Source: Dehalococcoidia bacterium (GTDB lineage Bacteria; Chloroflexota; Dehalococcoidia; Lucifugimonadales; UBA3495). From it: a stretch of 64,000 nucleotides of DNA. Both the position numbers and the translations under genes were made by a program. The notes below the pieces were generated by a model. That model had not been told where the DNA came from. It searched no databases and was given only the letters and a program-made list of their open reading frames with translations. Shown here piece by piece: positions 1-9,108 of this stretch. How positions within the stretch are numbered: the first letter of the stretch is position 1; each line of letters begins with the position of its first letter. The stretch spans positions 373,932-437,931 of the forward strand of contig OZ250156.1 of assembly GCA_965237745.1 (NCBI GenBank), read 5' to 3'.

Positions 1-893
1 CGCACCCTTTGGGCACTGAACATATAAGTCCGCGGCCCCTGGGAACCCTGGGCCACCGTTATCTCCCGCCAGGCATCCTCCGGCAATTCAGCACCGCGCC
101 CCGCCAGGGTGCGCCGCTGCCCGCTCCGCAGCCTGGGCTTGCGGGGACGCCCGAATCCCTGGTATGCCGGGCTGGTCCACTCGGGATCCACCGGCCAAAA
201 AGTGAAGTTCCCCGGAACGTCCAGGACGTAACGCAGCCCCAAGGCCGCCAAGCCGTCCCGGAAGGACGGCGACATCCCGAAGGCGTCGTCCCCGGCCACC
301 CATCCCGCCCTCAGATGGCCCCGCGCCAAGGCCCGCTGCAGCAGTTCCAGGGCCAACTCCGTCTTCGACCGGTACCGGCGCTTATCCTCCGGAACCCCAG
401 CCGCCGCACAGCGGGCATCGTCCGATGTCCAACTCTCCGGCAGGTAGAGCCCCTGGTCCACCAGCGCCCGGCCCAAGGGACTGACATACGCCAAGAACAT
501 CCCTGCCTGGCAGTTGGCCACCTTGCCCAACCTGCCACAGTACTGCCGGGCCACCCCCGCCGACTTCAGCCCCTGCTTGGGGAAGTCGCTGCCGTCCAGC
601 ACCCACACCGCCTCAGAATGTCCCAGCCGGGGCGCCAGATACTCCTGGAGGCGTCCCATCACCGCGTCGTCATCCCAGGGGGCGGCGGTGAGGAAGCGCT
701 GCATGGCCCGGGCCGGGACCCCCACTGATTCGGAGAGATTCTCGGCGTTGCGCCGGTCCTGAGACTGCACCAGGAGGGCCCGGAGATAGTTCCGGCTGTG
801 GTCCCGCGACTCCCTGCGCCCGAACAGCGGAGCGAAGAAGGAATGAAACTCGCCAAAGGCCTCGTACACCCGCTCAAATGCCGCCGCATCCAT
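1..893 (-). CDS. IS701/ISXO2-like DDE transposase, N-terminal ~297 aa; the gene runs off the left window edge
   Basis: Open to the window edge, so absent from the ORF track. The minus-strand ATG at 891-893 gives MDAAAFERVYEAFGEFHSFFAPLFGRRESRDHSRNYLRALLVQSQDRRNAENLSE...HSEAVWVLDGSDFPKQ (in frame, checked at 620). This matches the typical IS701-family N-terminus. ORF 9..728(+) is its antisense shadow. Confidence 0.72.
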   Translation of the reverse strand, partial: MDAAAFERVYEAFGEFHSFFAPLFGRRESRDHSRNYLRALLVQSQDRRNAENLSESVGVPARAMQRFLTAAPWDDDAVMGRLQEYLAPRLGHSEAVWVLDGSDFPKQGLKSAGVARQYCGRLGKVANCQAGMFLAYVSPLGRALVDQGLYLPESWTSDDARCAAAGVPEDKRRYRSKTELALELLQRALARGHLRAGWVAGDDAFGMSPSFRDGLAALGLRYVLDVPGNFTFWPVDPEWTSPAYQGFGRPRKPRLRSGQRRTLAGRGAELPEDAWREITVAQGSQGPRTYMFSAQRV

Positions 894-1284
894 CTCCCAA
901 CCCCACCTTCCAAGCCTCCCTCAGCTAGCTGGTCACTTTATCACACCAACTGTCGTTGTAATACTAGAGCCGTACGCTGTTGTGCTTCGCCCGTAGATGA
1001 TTGAGGTCACTTTTGCCGCGGCTATTCCCTGGGTCGGTAAACATTGACAGGTGAATCGAGGGGCGGCTGGATCGAGCACTCCTAATTTGTAGCTGCGTTA
1101 CAATCCCCCTGCTACTCGGGAACGCTCCGCACCTACCTCCCGCGCGTTGACGCCCTTGCCACCATCCCCTAAACTGACGCTGGCATAATCTGACTTGCCG
1201 GGGATTGACCGTTCCGGTATTCCCCTTAAGGCAGCGGGCCGCCTGGCCAGGCGGCGACGCCAAGAACATTGAAGGCGCAGGTAC

Positions 1285-3267
1285 ATGGTTGAACCAACAT
1301 TTCGCGGCGGCGACGTCGCCTTATTCATTGACTGGGAAAACTTCAAGATCAGCCTCGCCGCTGGCAGCCGCACTCCCAACCTGTCCTCACTCAAAGAGGA
1401 AGTCTCCAACCAAGGCCGGGTGGTGGTCGCCAAGGCCTATGCCGACTGGGTGACCCGGGCGCCCGAGCTGCGCGGGGCCAGCCAGTTCATCAACGACCCT
1501 CCCTCCCTCTACGCCGCAGGCATTGAGCCTGTTTTCGTCCCGACCCGCGTTCCCTCCACGCAGGCGTCATCCGCCAACGGAATGCGCACCTACCGCGTCA
1601 AGAACAGCGTCGACGTCAAGATGACCGCCGACTGCATTGAGTGCGCCCATTCCTACCCCAACATCGGCACCTTCGTGCTGGTGTCCGGCGATTCTGACTT
1701 CCTGCATGTAGTCAATGCGCTGCGCACCATGGGCAAGCGCGTGGTCGTCGTCGGCGTATCCTGGAGCACTTCGCGCCGCTTGGCCGACCAGGTCGACTCG
1801 CTGCTGCTCTACGACAAAGACATAGACCCGCTGGCTCCCCAGCCAGCCGTCCTGCCCCAGCACGTGACGCCACAGCTGGCTGCCGCCAGCGCCGACGCTC
1901 CCGAACTCCCCGATGTTATTCGGGCCATCGAGGACATCATCCGCGAGGAACGCGCCGCCGGCGGGAACCCGTTGTTGACTTCTATCAAGCAGCGGTTGAT
2001 GCGTCGCTACCCCAGCTTCGACGAGAAGAAGCTGGGTTTCTCCGGCTTCAAGAAGCTGATGGCCCGCGCCGCCGAGGCCGGTAACATCAAGCTAATCCAC
2101 GCCGGACTCGTCGACTGGGCCATTATGGCCGACGAGGAAACGCCGGAAGGCACCACCGAGGAGATCCCCTCGGGCGTGGCCGCCAGGCCCACCCGCCGCC
2201 GCGGGGGTCGCCGCCGCCAACCCGGTCAGCGCGACGACGATGCCGATGGCGATGCCGCCGATATCGGTGATGGCGCCGACGACGCCACGGCAGAGGAAGC
2301 GGAGGACCTTGTTTCGGAAATAGCGGGGGAACTGGAAGAGACCGCCGCAACGGACTTCGACCTTCCTGACACCGCCGCAACGGATCTTTTGGAGACGCCC
2401 GAGGTCGAGGACCAAGAACCGGAAGAGCCGGTCGCATGGTTTGACGCCGATGAAGAGGCCGTCGCCGGGGACGAGACCTCCTTTGGCCCCTCTGCAGTGG
2501 CAGAGCCCGAGGAGCCGGAGAAAGTTTTCGGCAACGATGCCGAGCTTGCTGCAACCGTTCAGGAAGCTCTCTCCTCCATCACCCTCCCCAACGAGCCCGA
2601 GGACGGACACGCACCCGAACGGGCGTCCGACCTTATGGTAATGGCCCACACTCTGGAACATCAGCAGGGCCTCAGCCACGTCGCTTTCAACTTCCTGGTC
2701 GCCGAGGTATGCAGTGCGCTGGAACAGGGACTGGAGGCTGGCAACGCCCAGATAGCTCAACGCTGGAGCGACATGAACACCCGCGATTACGTCAGCAGGA
2801 TGCTGCGCGGCCTGTCCGAGGGCGGCTTTTTCCGCCGCGCCACACATACTTGGCGCGACGAGTCCAGCGGACGCCGCCGCCAGCGCAGCACCTTTAACCT
2901 GGACCGGGAAAACGCCCTTGTCGGGCGTATGCTGGCGGCCCGCCTTGGTCCTGCCGCCAATTCGGCGCCTCCCGCCGAGCCTGCCGAGATAACAGATCCG
3001 GTGACCGGCGAATCAGCCGGGCCGGAGCAACCGATGGCAGAGCAGGAATCCGCCGTGGAGCAGTTGACGTTCTCCGCAGCTCCAGACGAGGAAGCTTCGG
3101 ACGAGCAGCCGGGCAACGGAGCGCAGCCCGCGGAGGCCGACGGGTCAGATGCCAGCGAGGCCTCCGAAACGCCGCCCCCGCCTGCCGAAGACGACGACAT
3201 CGAGGACGAGCCGCAACCCCGAACGGTCCGCCGCCGCCCCTTCACCAGCCGCCTGCTGCGCAGTTAG
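1285..3267 (+). CDS. NYN/LabA-like nuclease domain + OST-HTH (LOTUS) domain protein with a long acidic low-complexity region
   Basis: The N-terminus (VALFIDWENF...KAYADW...VKNSVDVKMTADCIE...FVLVSGDSDFLHVVNALRTMGKRVVVVG) is a NYN/LabA pattern. Residues ~215-275 (IRAIEDII...LLTSIKQRLMRRYPSFDEKKLGFSGFKKLMARAAEAGNIKLI) match OST-HTH. A D/E-rich tract follows. Confidence 0.75.
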   Translation: MVEPTFRGGDVALFIDWENFKISLAAGSRTPNLSSLKEEVSNQGRVVVAKAYADWVTRAPELRGASQFINDPPSLYAAGIEPVFVPTRVPSTQASSANGMRTYRVKNSVDVKMTADCIECAHSYPNIGTFVLVSGDSDFLHVVNALRTMGKRVVVVGVSWSTSRRLADQVDSLLLYDKDIDPLAPQPAVLPQHVTPQLAAASADAPELPDVIRAIEDIIREERAAGGNPLLTSIKQRLMRRYPSFDEKKLGFSGFKKLMARAAEAGNIKLIHAGLVDWAIMADEETPEGTTEEIPSGVAARPTRRRGGRRRQPGQRDDDADGDAADIGDGADDATAEEAEDLVSEIAGELEETAATDFDLPDTAATDLLETPEVEDQEPEEPVAWFDADEEAVAGDETSFGPSAVAEPEEPEKVFGNDAELAATVQEALSSITLPNEPEDGHAPERASDLMVMAHTLEHQQGLSHVAFNFLVAEVCSALEQGLEAGNAQIAQRWSDMNTRDYVSRMLRGLSEGGFFRRATHTWRDESSGRRRQRSTFNLDRENALVGRMLAARLGPAANSAPPAEPAEITDPVTGESAGPEQPMAEQESAVEQLTFSAAPDEEASDEQPGNGAQPAEADGSDASEASETPPPPAEDDDIEDEPQPRTVRRRPFTSRLLRS

Positions 3268-3291
3268 CAGGCAACCCTGGACAAACATGTA

Positions 3292-3314
3292 AGGGCGCAC
3301 AGATGTGCGCCCCT
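3292..3314. repeat. REP-A palindromic repeat copy (AGGGCGCAC-N4-GTGCGCCCCT) between convergent genes
   Basis: agggcgcacagatgtgcgcccct forms a 9-bp stem. It sits between the NYN stop (3267) and the GH63-like stop (3338) and is a likely bidirectional terminator. Confidence 0.7.
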
Positions 3315-3337
3315 GCAAAGCATTATCTAATATCCTG

Positions 3338-4594
3338 TCAGAAGTCCAGGATCAGCGTTGACCATCCGAAATCGCGAGCGCCCAGGCCCTCGGCGGTGTA
3401 GGGATGGTAGTACTCGCGGAAGCCGGACTTGGCGATGCACTCCTTGCTCTTCTCGACCAGCGGCTCGCTCAGCTCCGTGTAGCCGTGGCCCCGCAGCGAG
3501 TGGGACAGGAAGTAGTTGGTGTTGATCCACGACGGCCCGCGCCAGATGAACCCCCCGGGGTTCCCCGGCATGAACTTGGGGTCCGAGGCAGGCACCGAGG
3601 GCAGCGGGTACGGCGTCCAGAAGTGCTCCGTCGGACGCACCCACGTCTCCACCAGCCGCTCCACAATGGGCCGCGGCAGGTCGGCCATGATCAGCGGCAT
3701 CAGCGAGCTGATGGTCACTGTCTTCAGCGGCTTCTCGTCCACGCCCGACAGGTCGAAGAAGGCCCCGGCCTCCTCGTCCCAGCACTTTTCCACCAGCGCG
3801 TTCAACGTCCTGTCGGCCTCGCGGTTGAACTCGGCGGCCTCCGGCGAGTCGTCTCCCGCGCTTTCGGCATGGAGCCGGGCCAAGGCGCGCATGGAGAAGC
3901 AGTAGATGGAGTTGACCAGCACGTCCTCGACGTGGAATATGTCGGCGGCCAGCACGGCGTGATCGTCGTGGCGCAGCGGTTCGTAAGCGGCGTAAACCTT
4001 TCTCAGCGCGGTGATGAAGCCCCGGTTGCTCAGCTCCTCCAGTCCCAGGACCTCGTCGTACTTGGGCGAGCAGTCGGTCCCCGCCTCCTCGGGCTGGATT
4101 ACCGCGATCAGGCCGTCGTTGTCGGGGTCCCGCGCCTCCCGCAAGTAGCGGTAGTAGGCGGTCAGGACGGGCAGGGCCTCTTGCAGGAACTCCTCATCGC
4201 CCGTCGCCCGGTATATGCGGGCCACAGCATAGGCGATGATGGGCGGCTGGATGGTGGCGCTGAAGTATGGTTCGGTCATCCCGACGATGTTGCGGGCGAG
4301 GAAGTCGGGCTGCTTCTCCATCTCCCAGAAGATGATGTGGGGGATGAAGCCGCTGGGCTGGGAGCCGCTCATCAGCGACCGCATTTCGGCTTTGGCCTGC
4401 TCCGGGTCGAGGTGCAGCAGAGCGATGGCGTGGAAGCAGGAGTCCCAGAACCACTGGAAGGGATAGCCGGTCAGCGAGGGGCAGACGAAGCTGTACTCCT
4501 TGCCGTTCCAGTCGGCCACTCCCTGCCGCAGGTTCGACAGCAGGATGCGACGCGCTCCCTCCTCCAACTGCTCGCGTGATATCGCGCTTTCCAT
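3338..4594 (-). CDS. Six-hairpin glycoside hydrolase, GH63-like (mannosyl-/glucosylglycerate hydrolase family)
   Basis: 418-aa ORF. Motifs YPFQWFWDSCFHAIAL, IQPPIIAYA, DPDNDGL...QPEEAGTDCSPKYD and WRGPSWINTNYF are typical of MGH1-like GH63 enzymes. Confidence 0.65.
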   Translation of the reverse strand: MESAISREQLEEGARRILLSNLRQGVADWNGKEYSFVCPSLTGYPFQWFWDSCFHAIALLHLDPEQAKAEMRSLMSGSQPSGFIPHIIFWEMEKQPDFLARNIVGMTEPYFSATIQPPIIAYAVARIYRATGDEEFLQEALPVLTAYYRYLREARDPDNDGLIAVIQPEEAGTDCSPKYDEVLGLEELSNRGFITALRKVYAAYEPLRHDDHAVLAADIFHVEDVLVNSIYCFSMRALARLHAESAGDDSPEAAEFNREADRTLNALVEKCWDEEAGAFFDLSGVDEKPLKTVTISSLMPLIMADLPRPIVERLVETWVRPTEHFWTPYPLPSVPASDPKFMPGNPGGFIWRGPSWINTNYFLSHSLRGHGYTELSEPLVEKSKECIAKSGFREYYHPYTAEGLGARDFGWSTLILDF

Positions 4595-4665
4595 ATTGGT
4601 ACCCCTCCTGCGCTGTTTTTCTGTCGTGGTGGTGCTGGACCGGCATTGCCATATATCTCAGGCGG

Positions 4666-4782
4666 GTTCCGTTTGCTTGTGGTGTATGGCCTCACAGGGT
4701 CTACTGCCGCCGGTTTGACTGGCCCTTGAAGAAGGTGTGTCGCGCCCCTTCCGTTTCGGCATATCTCACAAGCAAACGGAAC
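4666..4782. repeat. Perfect 16-bp inverted repeat pair (GTTCCGTTTGCTTGTG / CACAAGCAAACGGAAC) flanking 85 bp
   Basis: 4666-4681 and 4767-4782 are exact reverse complements. Both arms are preceded by catat(at)ctca. The pair lies in the intergenic region between the GH63-like start and the PIN remnant. Confidence 0.6.
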
Positions 4783-4793
4783 GCCACTTGCCA

Positions 4794-5066
4794 TCAATTC
4801 CCTTGAAAGCAGAAGTCAAAAAACAACACATAAGATTTGCCGAACACTATTACAGCAAGGGTGAGCTTGACCAATCCGTTGGCAATCGAGTTGGGTTTCT
4901 GCCTGTTTCGCTTTCCCATGCCAAGCCTTTCTACCAACACCTGTATGGAAACGACAAGGCTGCCCGCCTCCCGACTTAGGAGTACTTCTGATATGCGTTG
5001 CTTTCTTTCCCCTTCCGGATCGGTGCTGACAGAGTAAATCGCTATATTTGTATAAACGAAACGCAT
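4794..5066 (-). pseudogene. PIN-domain (VapC-like) toxin remnant
   Basis: MRFVYTNIAIYSVSTDPEGERKQRISEVLLSREAGSLVVSIQVL resembles a PIN N-terminus (FVDTNILIYA...). The first catalytic Asp is replaced by Tyr. The sequence loses family resemblance after ~45 aa, and no intact C-terminal half was found in any frame. Confidence 0.5.
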
Positions 5067-5301
5067 TGCGATCGTGCAATTCCTCGCGGGTCAAGTTGTC
5101 TCTGGGGTCGAGTCCTCCGCCCCTCGCATGAATAGCCGCGATGATTTCTCTGAGAGTTCTCTTGTGAGTTTGTGAACTGTTCTGGCTCAGGCAATTAAGG
5201 TATTCCCTGACCAATGCAGAGGCTGACGTCCCTCTTTCGGCCGCCTTTATTCTTGCAAGACGGTAGGTCTCGTCATCCACAGAAACGGTGATGTTTTTCA
5301 T
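4816..5301 (-). CDS. Ribbon-helix-helix (CopG/VapB-like) antitoxin with an abnormal read-through tail
   Basis: MKNITVSVDDETYRLARIKAAERGTSASALVREYL is an RHH motif. ...REELHDRNAFR is where such antitoxins normally stop, overlapping the toxin ATG (5066). Here the frame stays open for ~80 further codons with no family resemblance. Confidence 0.55.
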   Translation of the reverse strand: MKNITVSVDDETYRLARIKAAERGTSASALVREYLNCLSQNSSQTHKRTLREIIAAIHARGGGLDPRDNLTREELHDRNAFRLYKYSDLLCQHRSGRGKKATHIRSTPKSGGGQPCRFHTGVGRKAWHGKAKQAETQLDCQRIGQAHPCCNSVRQILCVVF

Positions 5302-5410
5302 GGCCTCACAATTTCACATTTCCACAGTATTACACCGCTGGATTGTAAGTACGCTTACCTTGATTGGCAATTGAGACTCTCCTGGGTCTCCAGCCGCACA
5401 AAGTGTTGCC

Positions 5411-6649
5411 CTACCGTAGCCCACCCCGGTAAACCTCGAGGTACCTCTCCGCCACCGCGGGCCAGGTGAACTCCGCCAGCGTATACTCGCGGGCCTCAGC
5501 GCCCAGTTGCCGGCGCGCTATATCGTCGTTGACCAATTCGGTCAGGCTGGCGGCGGCGGCCCGGCGGTCGAAGCGCGGCGTCACCACCGCGCCCCGGTGC
5601 AGCAGCTCGCGGTTGGAGCCGACGTCGTGGGTCAGCACCGGTGCGCCGTAGGCCATCGCCTCGAAATACACCAGCCCGAAGGCCTCGTAGTGGGAGAAGA
5701 GCACGAACAGGTTGGCGCGGGCGTACCACCGGGCCAGTTCCTCGTCGGAGACCTCGCCAGTCACGACCACCTCGCCATCCAGGTTGTGCTCCTCGATGAA
5801 CTCGGCGATGGCGCCGGCGTCGCCCTCGTCGCGGCCCACCAGCACCAGCCGCACGGGCTTGTTGAAGCTGCGCCGCGCCTCGAGGTAGGCGTCCAGCAGC
5901 CACAGCTGCCCCTTGTGCCGCCCCAGCCTGCCCACGCACAGGATGGTCACCATCTGTCCGGTTTGCCCGTTCGCCGATGAGGGCTGACCGGGGGGGTGAA
6001 CATCCTCCTTTCCGTTCATCTCCGGGCCAACCTCAAGGCGGACGGATTCGATGACGGCCGGGTCTGGCGGCGGAGCTCCCCAGCCGATTATGCTGGTTTT
6101 CCTCTCAGAGGTCAGGTAAGCGCGGCGCAGGCCTCTCGCCTCCTGCTCGGTCAGGGGCACAATATCGTCCACTGTACGGCACAGCAGCGCATTGAGCGGA
6201 GCCAGCCACCAGCGTACCAGCGGCAGGGTGTGGAACGAGGGCGTGAAGACGAAACGCGCCCGCCCCCTCCAGTGGAGACGCGTCCAGTAGTGGCCCCAGA
6301 ACCATCCGTCGCCCACGAAGTGAATGACGTTGGGGCGGAACTCGTCCAGGTACTGCCGCACCCGGCGCGGCGAAAACCAGACCAGCGGCACCGAGTACAG
6401 CGGCGGCGACCACCGGGGAAAGCCGGGCAGTCGATAGACCTCGATTCCGTCGGACAGGGTCTCACGGTCGGGCCACTCAGGTTGGGCCAGGCGAGGGAAG
6501 GAATACTTGGTGGTGAGCACTCCCACCGCCTCGACCTGCGGCGATGCCTGTATCTGGTGCGAGAGTTCCTCTATCGCGCGCTCAATACCCCCCAGGTAGG
6601 GACGATAGTAGGGGGTCAGGTACAGCACTCGCAGCGGAGAGCTACGCAC
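5411..6649 (-). CDS. Glycosyltransferase family 4 (GT-B fold)
   Basis: 412 aa. The N-terminus LRVLYLTPYYRPYLGGIERAIEEL and the C-terminal EAFGLVYFEAMAYGAPVL motif are typical GT4. The start overlaps the purL stop by 8 nt. Confidence 0.8.
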   Translation of the reverse strand: MRSSPLRVLYLTPYYRPYLGGIERAIEELSHQIQASPQVEAVGVLTTKYSFPRLAQPEWPDRETLSDGIEVYRLPGFPRWSPPLYSVPLVWFSPRRVRQYLDEFRPNVIHFVGDGWFWGHYWTRLHWRGRARFVFTPSFHTLPLVRWWLAPLNALLCRTVDDIVPLTEQEARGLRRAYLTSERKTSIIGWGAPPPDPAVIESVRLEVGPEMNGKEDVHPPGQPSSANGQTGQMVTILCVGRLGRHKGQLWLLDAYLEARRSFNKPVRLVLVGRDEGDAGAIAEFIEEHNLDGEVVVTGEVSDEELARWYARANLFVLFSHYEAFGLVYFEAMAYGAPVLTHDVGSNRELLHRGAVVTPRFDRRAAAASLTELVNDDIARRQLGAEAREYTLAEFTWPAVAERYLEVYRGGLR

Positions 6650-8912
6650 CGGATTCCTCCAGGGCTTGCATCAGGGCTTGCATCCAAACGGCAGCTAGGT
6701 CGGCTACCGCAACATTCACGCCGTTTCCGGTTGCAGTCCCGTCCTCGTCGTGGCTGTCGAACTGCAGGGCAACCCCGCCGGTGAAACCCAGGAGCGACAG
6801 CGGCGCTCCGATGGCGTGGGCCAGGTCCTCCAGCAGGTGCATACGGTCCCGCTGTACGGACACGATGATGCGGGACTGCTTTTCTCCGAACAGCGCGGCG
6901 TCCCATCGAGGATGGGCGTCCAGCAATCCATGGAGCCGAAATCCCACGTCTCCCAGTATGCAGCACTCGGCCAGCGCTACCGACAGCCCGCCGTCGGAGC
7001 AGTCGTGGGCCGAGAGCACAAGGCCCTGCTTGATTCCCTCCCGGCAGGTCTCCTGCACCCTCCGCTCCAGTCCCAGGTCGATGTGGGGTTTCCCGGCAGT
7101 GAGACCGTGCATGACGTCCAGGAACTCGCTGCCCGCCAAGTCGCTGGCCGTTGCCGTCCCCATGCCAGGGCCGAGCAGCATCACCGCCAACCCCTCAGCC
7201 GGGAAGCCCGCGCCTGCGGCCTTGGAGGCGTCATCCATCAGGCCCAGCGCCCCGACCACCGGCGTGGGGTGGACGGCCTGTCCTTGGGTTTCGTTAAACA
7301 GGCTGACGTTGCCGCTGACCACCGGGGCGTCCAGCGTCTCGCTGGCCAACGCCATACCCCGGATGCACTCCTCCAACTGATAGTAGATGTCGGGCCGCAG
7401 CGGGTTGCCGAAGTTCAGGCAGTCGGTGAGAGCCAGGGGCCTTGCGCCGGTGCAACTGATGTTCCGGCATACCTCGGCCACGGCTATCTGACCGCCGACG
7501 AACGGGTCGAGGAAGCACTGCCGTCCGTTGCCGTCCACGGCCACGGCGATGGCCTTGCGGGTGCCCTTGACCCGCAGCACCGCCGCGTCACTGCCGCCCG
7601 GCCCGGCGACGGTGTTGGTCTGCACCTGGTGGTCGTACTGCCGGTAAACCGCTCGCTTGCTGGCGATGTTGGGCGAAGCCAGCAACCGCAGCAGCGCCTC
7701 CGACGGGCCGCACTCCGGCAGCGGCAAGCCGGACAGCGACATCTCTCGCCGCGCCACATCCTCAGTCGACGGCTTGCCCTCCAGCCGGTAGGCCGGGGCT
7801 TCGGAAAGGGGCAGGATGGGCAGGTGGGCCACCGGCTCGGCGCCGTCGAACACCTGCGCCTCCGGCTCGACTATAACCTGGCCGATCTCCCGGCAGTCAA
7901 CGTCCCAGCGCTCGAAGACTGCCCGCACCTCGTCCACCCGCTCCGGGAGGGCGACCAGCAGCATCCGCTCCTGCGATTCCGACAGCATCACCTCGTAGGC
8001 GTTCATTCCTGTCTCGCGCCGGTGCACCTGCGCCAAGTCCATTCGGATGCCGCGCCCGGCCCGCGCCGCCGACTCGATGGACGCGCTGGTCAGTCCTGCG
8101 GCCCCCAGGTCCTGTATCGCCAGCACCGCGCCGGTGTCCAAAGCCTCCAGACACGCCTCAATGAGCACCTTCTCCAAGAACGGATTGCCCACCTGCACCG
8201 TGGGCCGCAGTTCCGCCGCCTCCTCGAAAGTGCGTGACGCCAAGCCCGACGCCCCGTGGATGCCGTCGCGTCCGGTGTCAGCGCCCACCAGGAGCAGCAC
8301 GCTGTCCGGCACCCGCGCCGCGGCCGATGCCAGGCGGTCCTTGTCGATCAGGCCGACGCACATGGCGTTGACCAGCGGGTTGTGGGAATAGGACGGGTCG
8401 AAGTAAATTTCGCCGCCCACGTCGGGAACACCGATGCAGTTGCCGTACCAAGAGATGCCACGCACCACGCCGCCGAAAAGGTGCCGGTTGACCGCCCCGT
8501 GTTGCGGGTCGTCCAGCGGCCCGAAGCGCAGGGAATTGAGCAGCGCGATGGGGCGGGCGCCCATGGCCAGGATGTCGCGCACGATGCCGCCGACGCCGGT
8601 GGCCGCTCCTTGGAACGGCTCCACTGCCGAGGGATGGTTGTGCGACTCCACCTTGAACACCACGGCCAGCCCGTCTCCGATCTCCACGGCCCCAGCGTTT
8701 TCCGCCCCGGTCTCCGATAGCACCACCGGCGATGTGTGGCTGAACATCCGCAGCAACGGCCGTGAGTGTTTGTAGCCGCAGTGCTCGCTCCACAGGGCGC
8801 CGAACATTCCCAACTCAACCGCGTTGGGTTCGCGGTTGAGGCGCTCAACGATCAGGTCGTATTCGGCGCGGGTAAGAGCAATTTCGTCCAGAACTTCCTG
8901 GCTGACGGGCAT
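6642..8912 (-). CDS. purL: Phosphoribosylformylglycinamidine synthase subunit II
   Basis: 756 aa. Motifs LTRAEYDLIVERLNREPNAVELGMFGALWSEHCGYKHS, VESHNHPSAVEPFQGAATGVGGIVRD and the duplicated AIR-synthase-like domains identify PurL. Confidence 0.93.
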   Translation of the reverse strand: MPVSQEVLDEIALTRAEYDLIVERLNREPNAVELGMFGALWSEHCGYKHSRPLLRMFSHTSPVVLSETGAENAGAVEIGDGLAVVFKVESHNHPSAVEPFQGAATGVGGIVRDILAMGARPIALLNSLRFGPLDDPQHGAVNRHLFGGVVRGISWYGNCIGVPDVGGEIYFDPSYSHNPLVNAMCVGLIDKDRLASAAARVPDSVLLLVGADTGRDGIHGASGLASRTFEEAAELRPTVQVGNPFLEKVLIEACLEALDTGAVLAIQDLGAAGLTSASIESAARAGRGIRMDLAQVHRRETGMNAYEVMLSESQERMLLVALPERVDEVRAVFERWDVDCREIGQVIVEPEAQVFDGAEPVAHLPILPLSEAPAYRLEGKPSTEDVARREMSLSGLPLPECGPSEALLRLLASPNIASKRAVYRQYDHQVQTNTVAGPGGSDAAVLRVKGTRKAIAVAVDGNGRQCFLDPFVGGQIAVAEVCRNISCTGARPLALTDCLNFGNPLRPDIYYQLEECIRGMALASETLDAPVVSGNVSLFNETQGQAVHPTPVVGALGLMDDASKAAGAGFPAEGLAVMLLGPGMGTATASDLAGSEFLDVMHGLTAGKPHIDLGLERRVQETCREGIKQGLVLSAHDCSDGGLSVALAECCILGDVGFRLHGLLDAHPRWDAALFGEKQSRIIVSVQRDRMHLLEDLAHAIGAPLSLLGFTGGVALQFDSHDEDGTATGNGVNVAVADLAAVWMQALMQALEESGA

Positions 8913-9020
8913 GGTTCACCAACCGGGGCATCTTGGGGATTCTCTGGCAATACTATCATTTCGGCGCCATGAAAGGGGAATCGGCCAAAGAATGCAATTG
9001 CTCCGCGCCGAGCCACACCC

Positions 9021-9044
9021 GTAGGGGCGCACAACCGTGCGCCC
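9021..9044. repeat. REP-A palindromic repeat copy
   Basis: gtaggggcgcacaaccgtgcgccc, first of a pair in the purL-recF spacer. Confidence 0.7.
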
Positions 9045-9080
9045 AATTCCCCGGATTCAGAGGTGTTTCGGTTGCAACAG

Positions 9081-9108
9081 GACAGGGCGCACGGCTGTGC
9101 GCCCCTAC
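9081..9108. repeat. REP-A palindromic repeat copy (GACAGGGCGCACGGCTGTGCGCCCCTAC)
   Basis: The 26-nt stretch acagggcgcacggctgtgcgccccac recurs at 28291-28314 apart from one extra T here. The recF stop codon (9105-9107) lies inside this copy. Confidence 0.7.

Noticed and set aside
9-728. 239-aa plus-strand ORF at the left edge.
   Set aside because: The opposite strand carries an open IS701-type transposase frame with clear family motifs. The plus ORF is its shadow.
6750-8237. Long plus-strand ORF (495 aa) opposite purL, and similar long ORFs opposite other conserved genes (3404..4579, 9444..10565, 19457..20590, 23465..24622, 29531..30430, 31495..32616, 33146..34252, 53742..54848, 56541..57380).
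   Set aside because: These are antisense shadow ORFs typical of high-GC DNA. Their products are Arg/Gly/Pro/Ala-rich with no motifs, while the opposite strand encodes clearly recognisable proteins.
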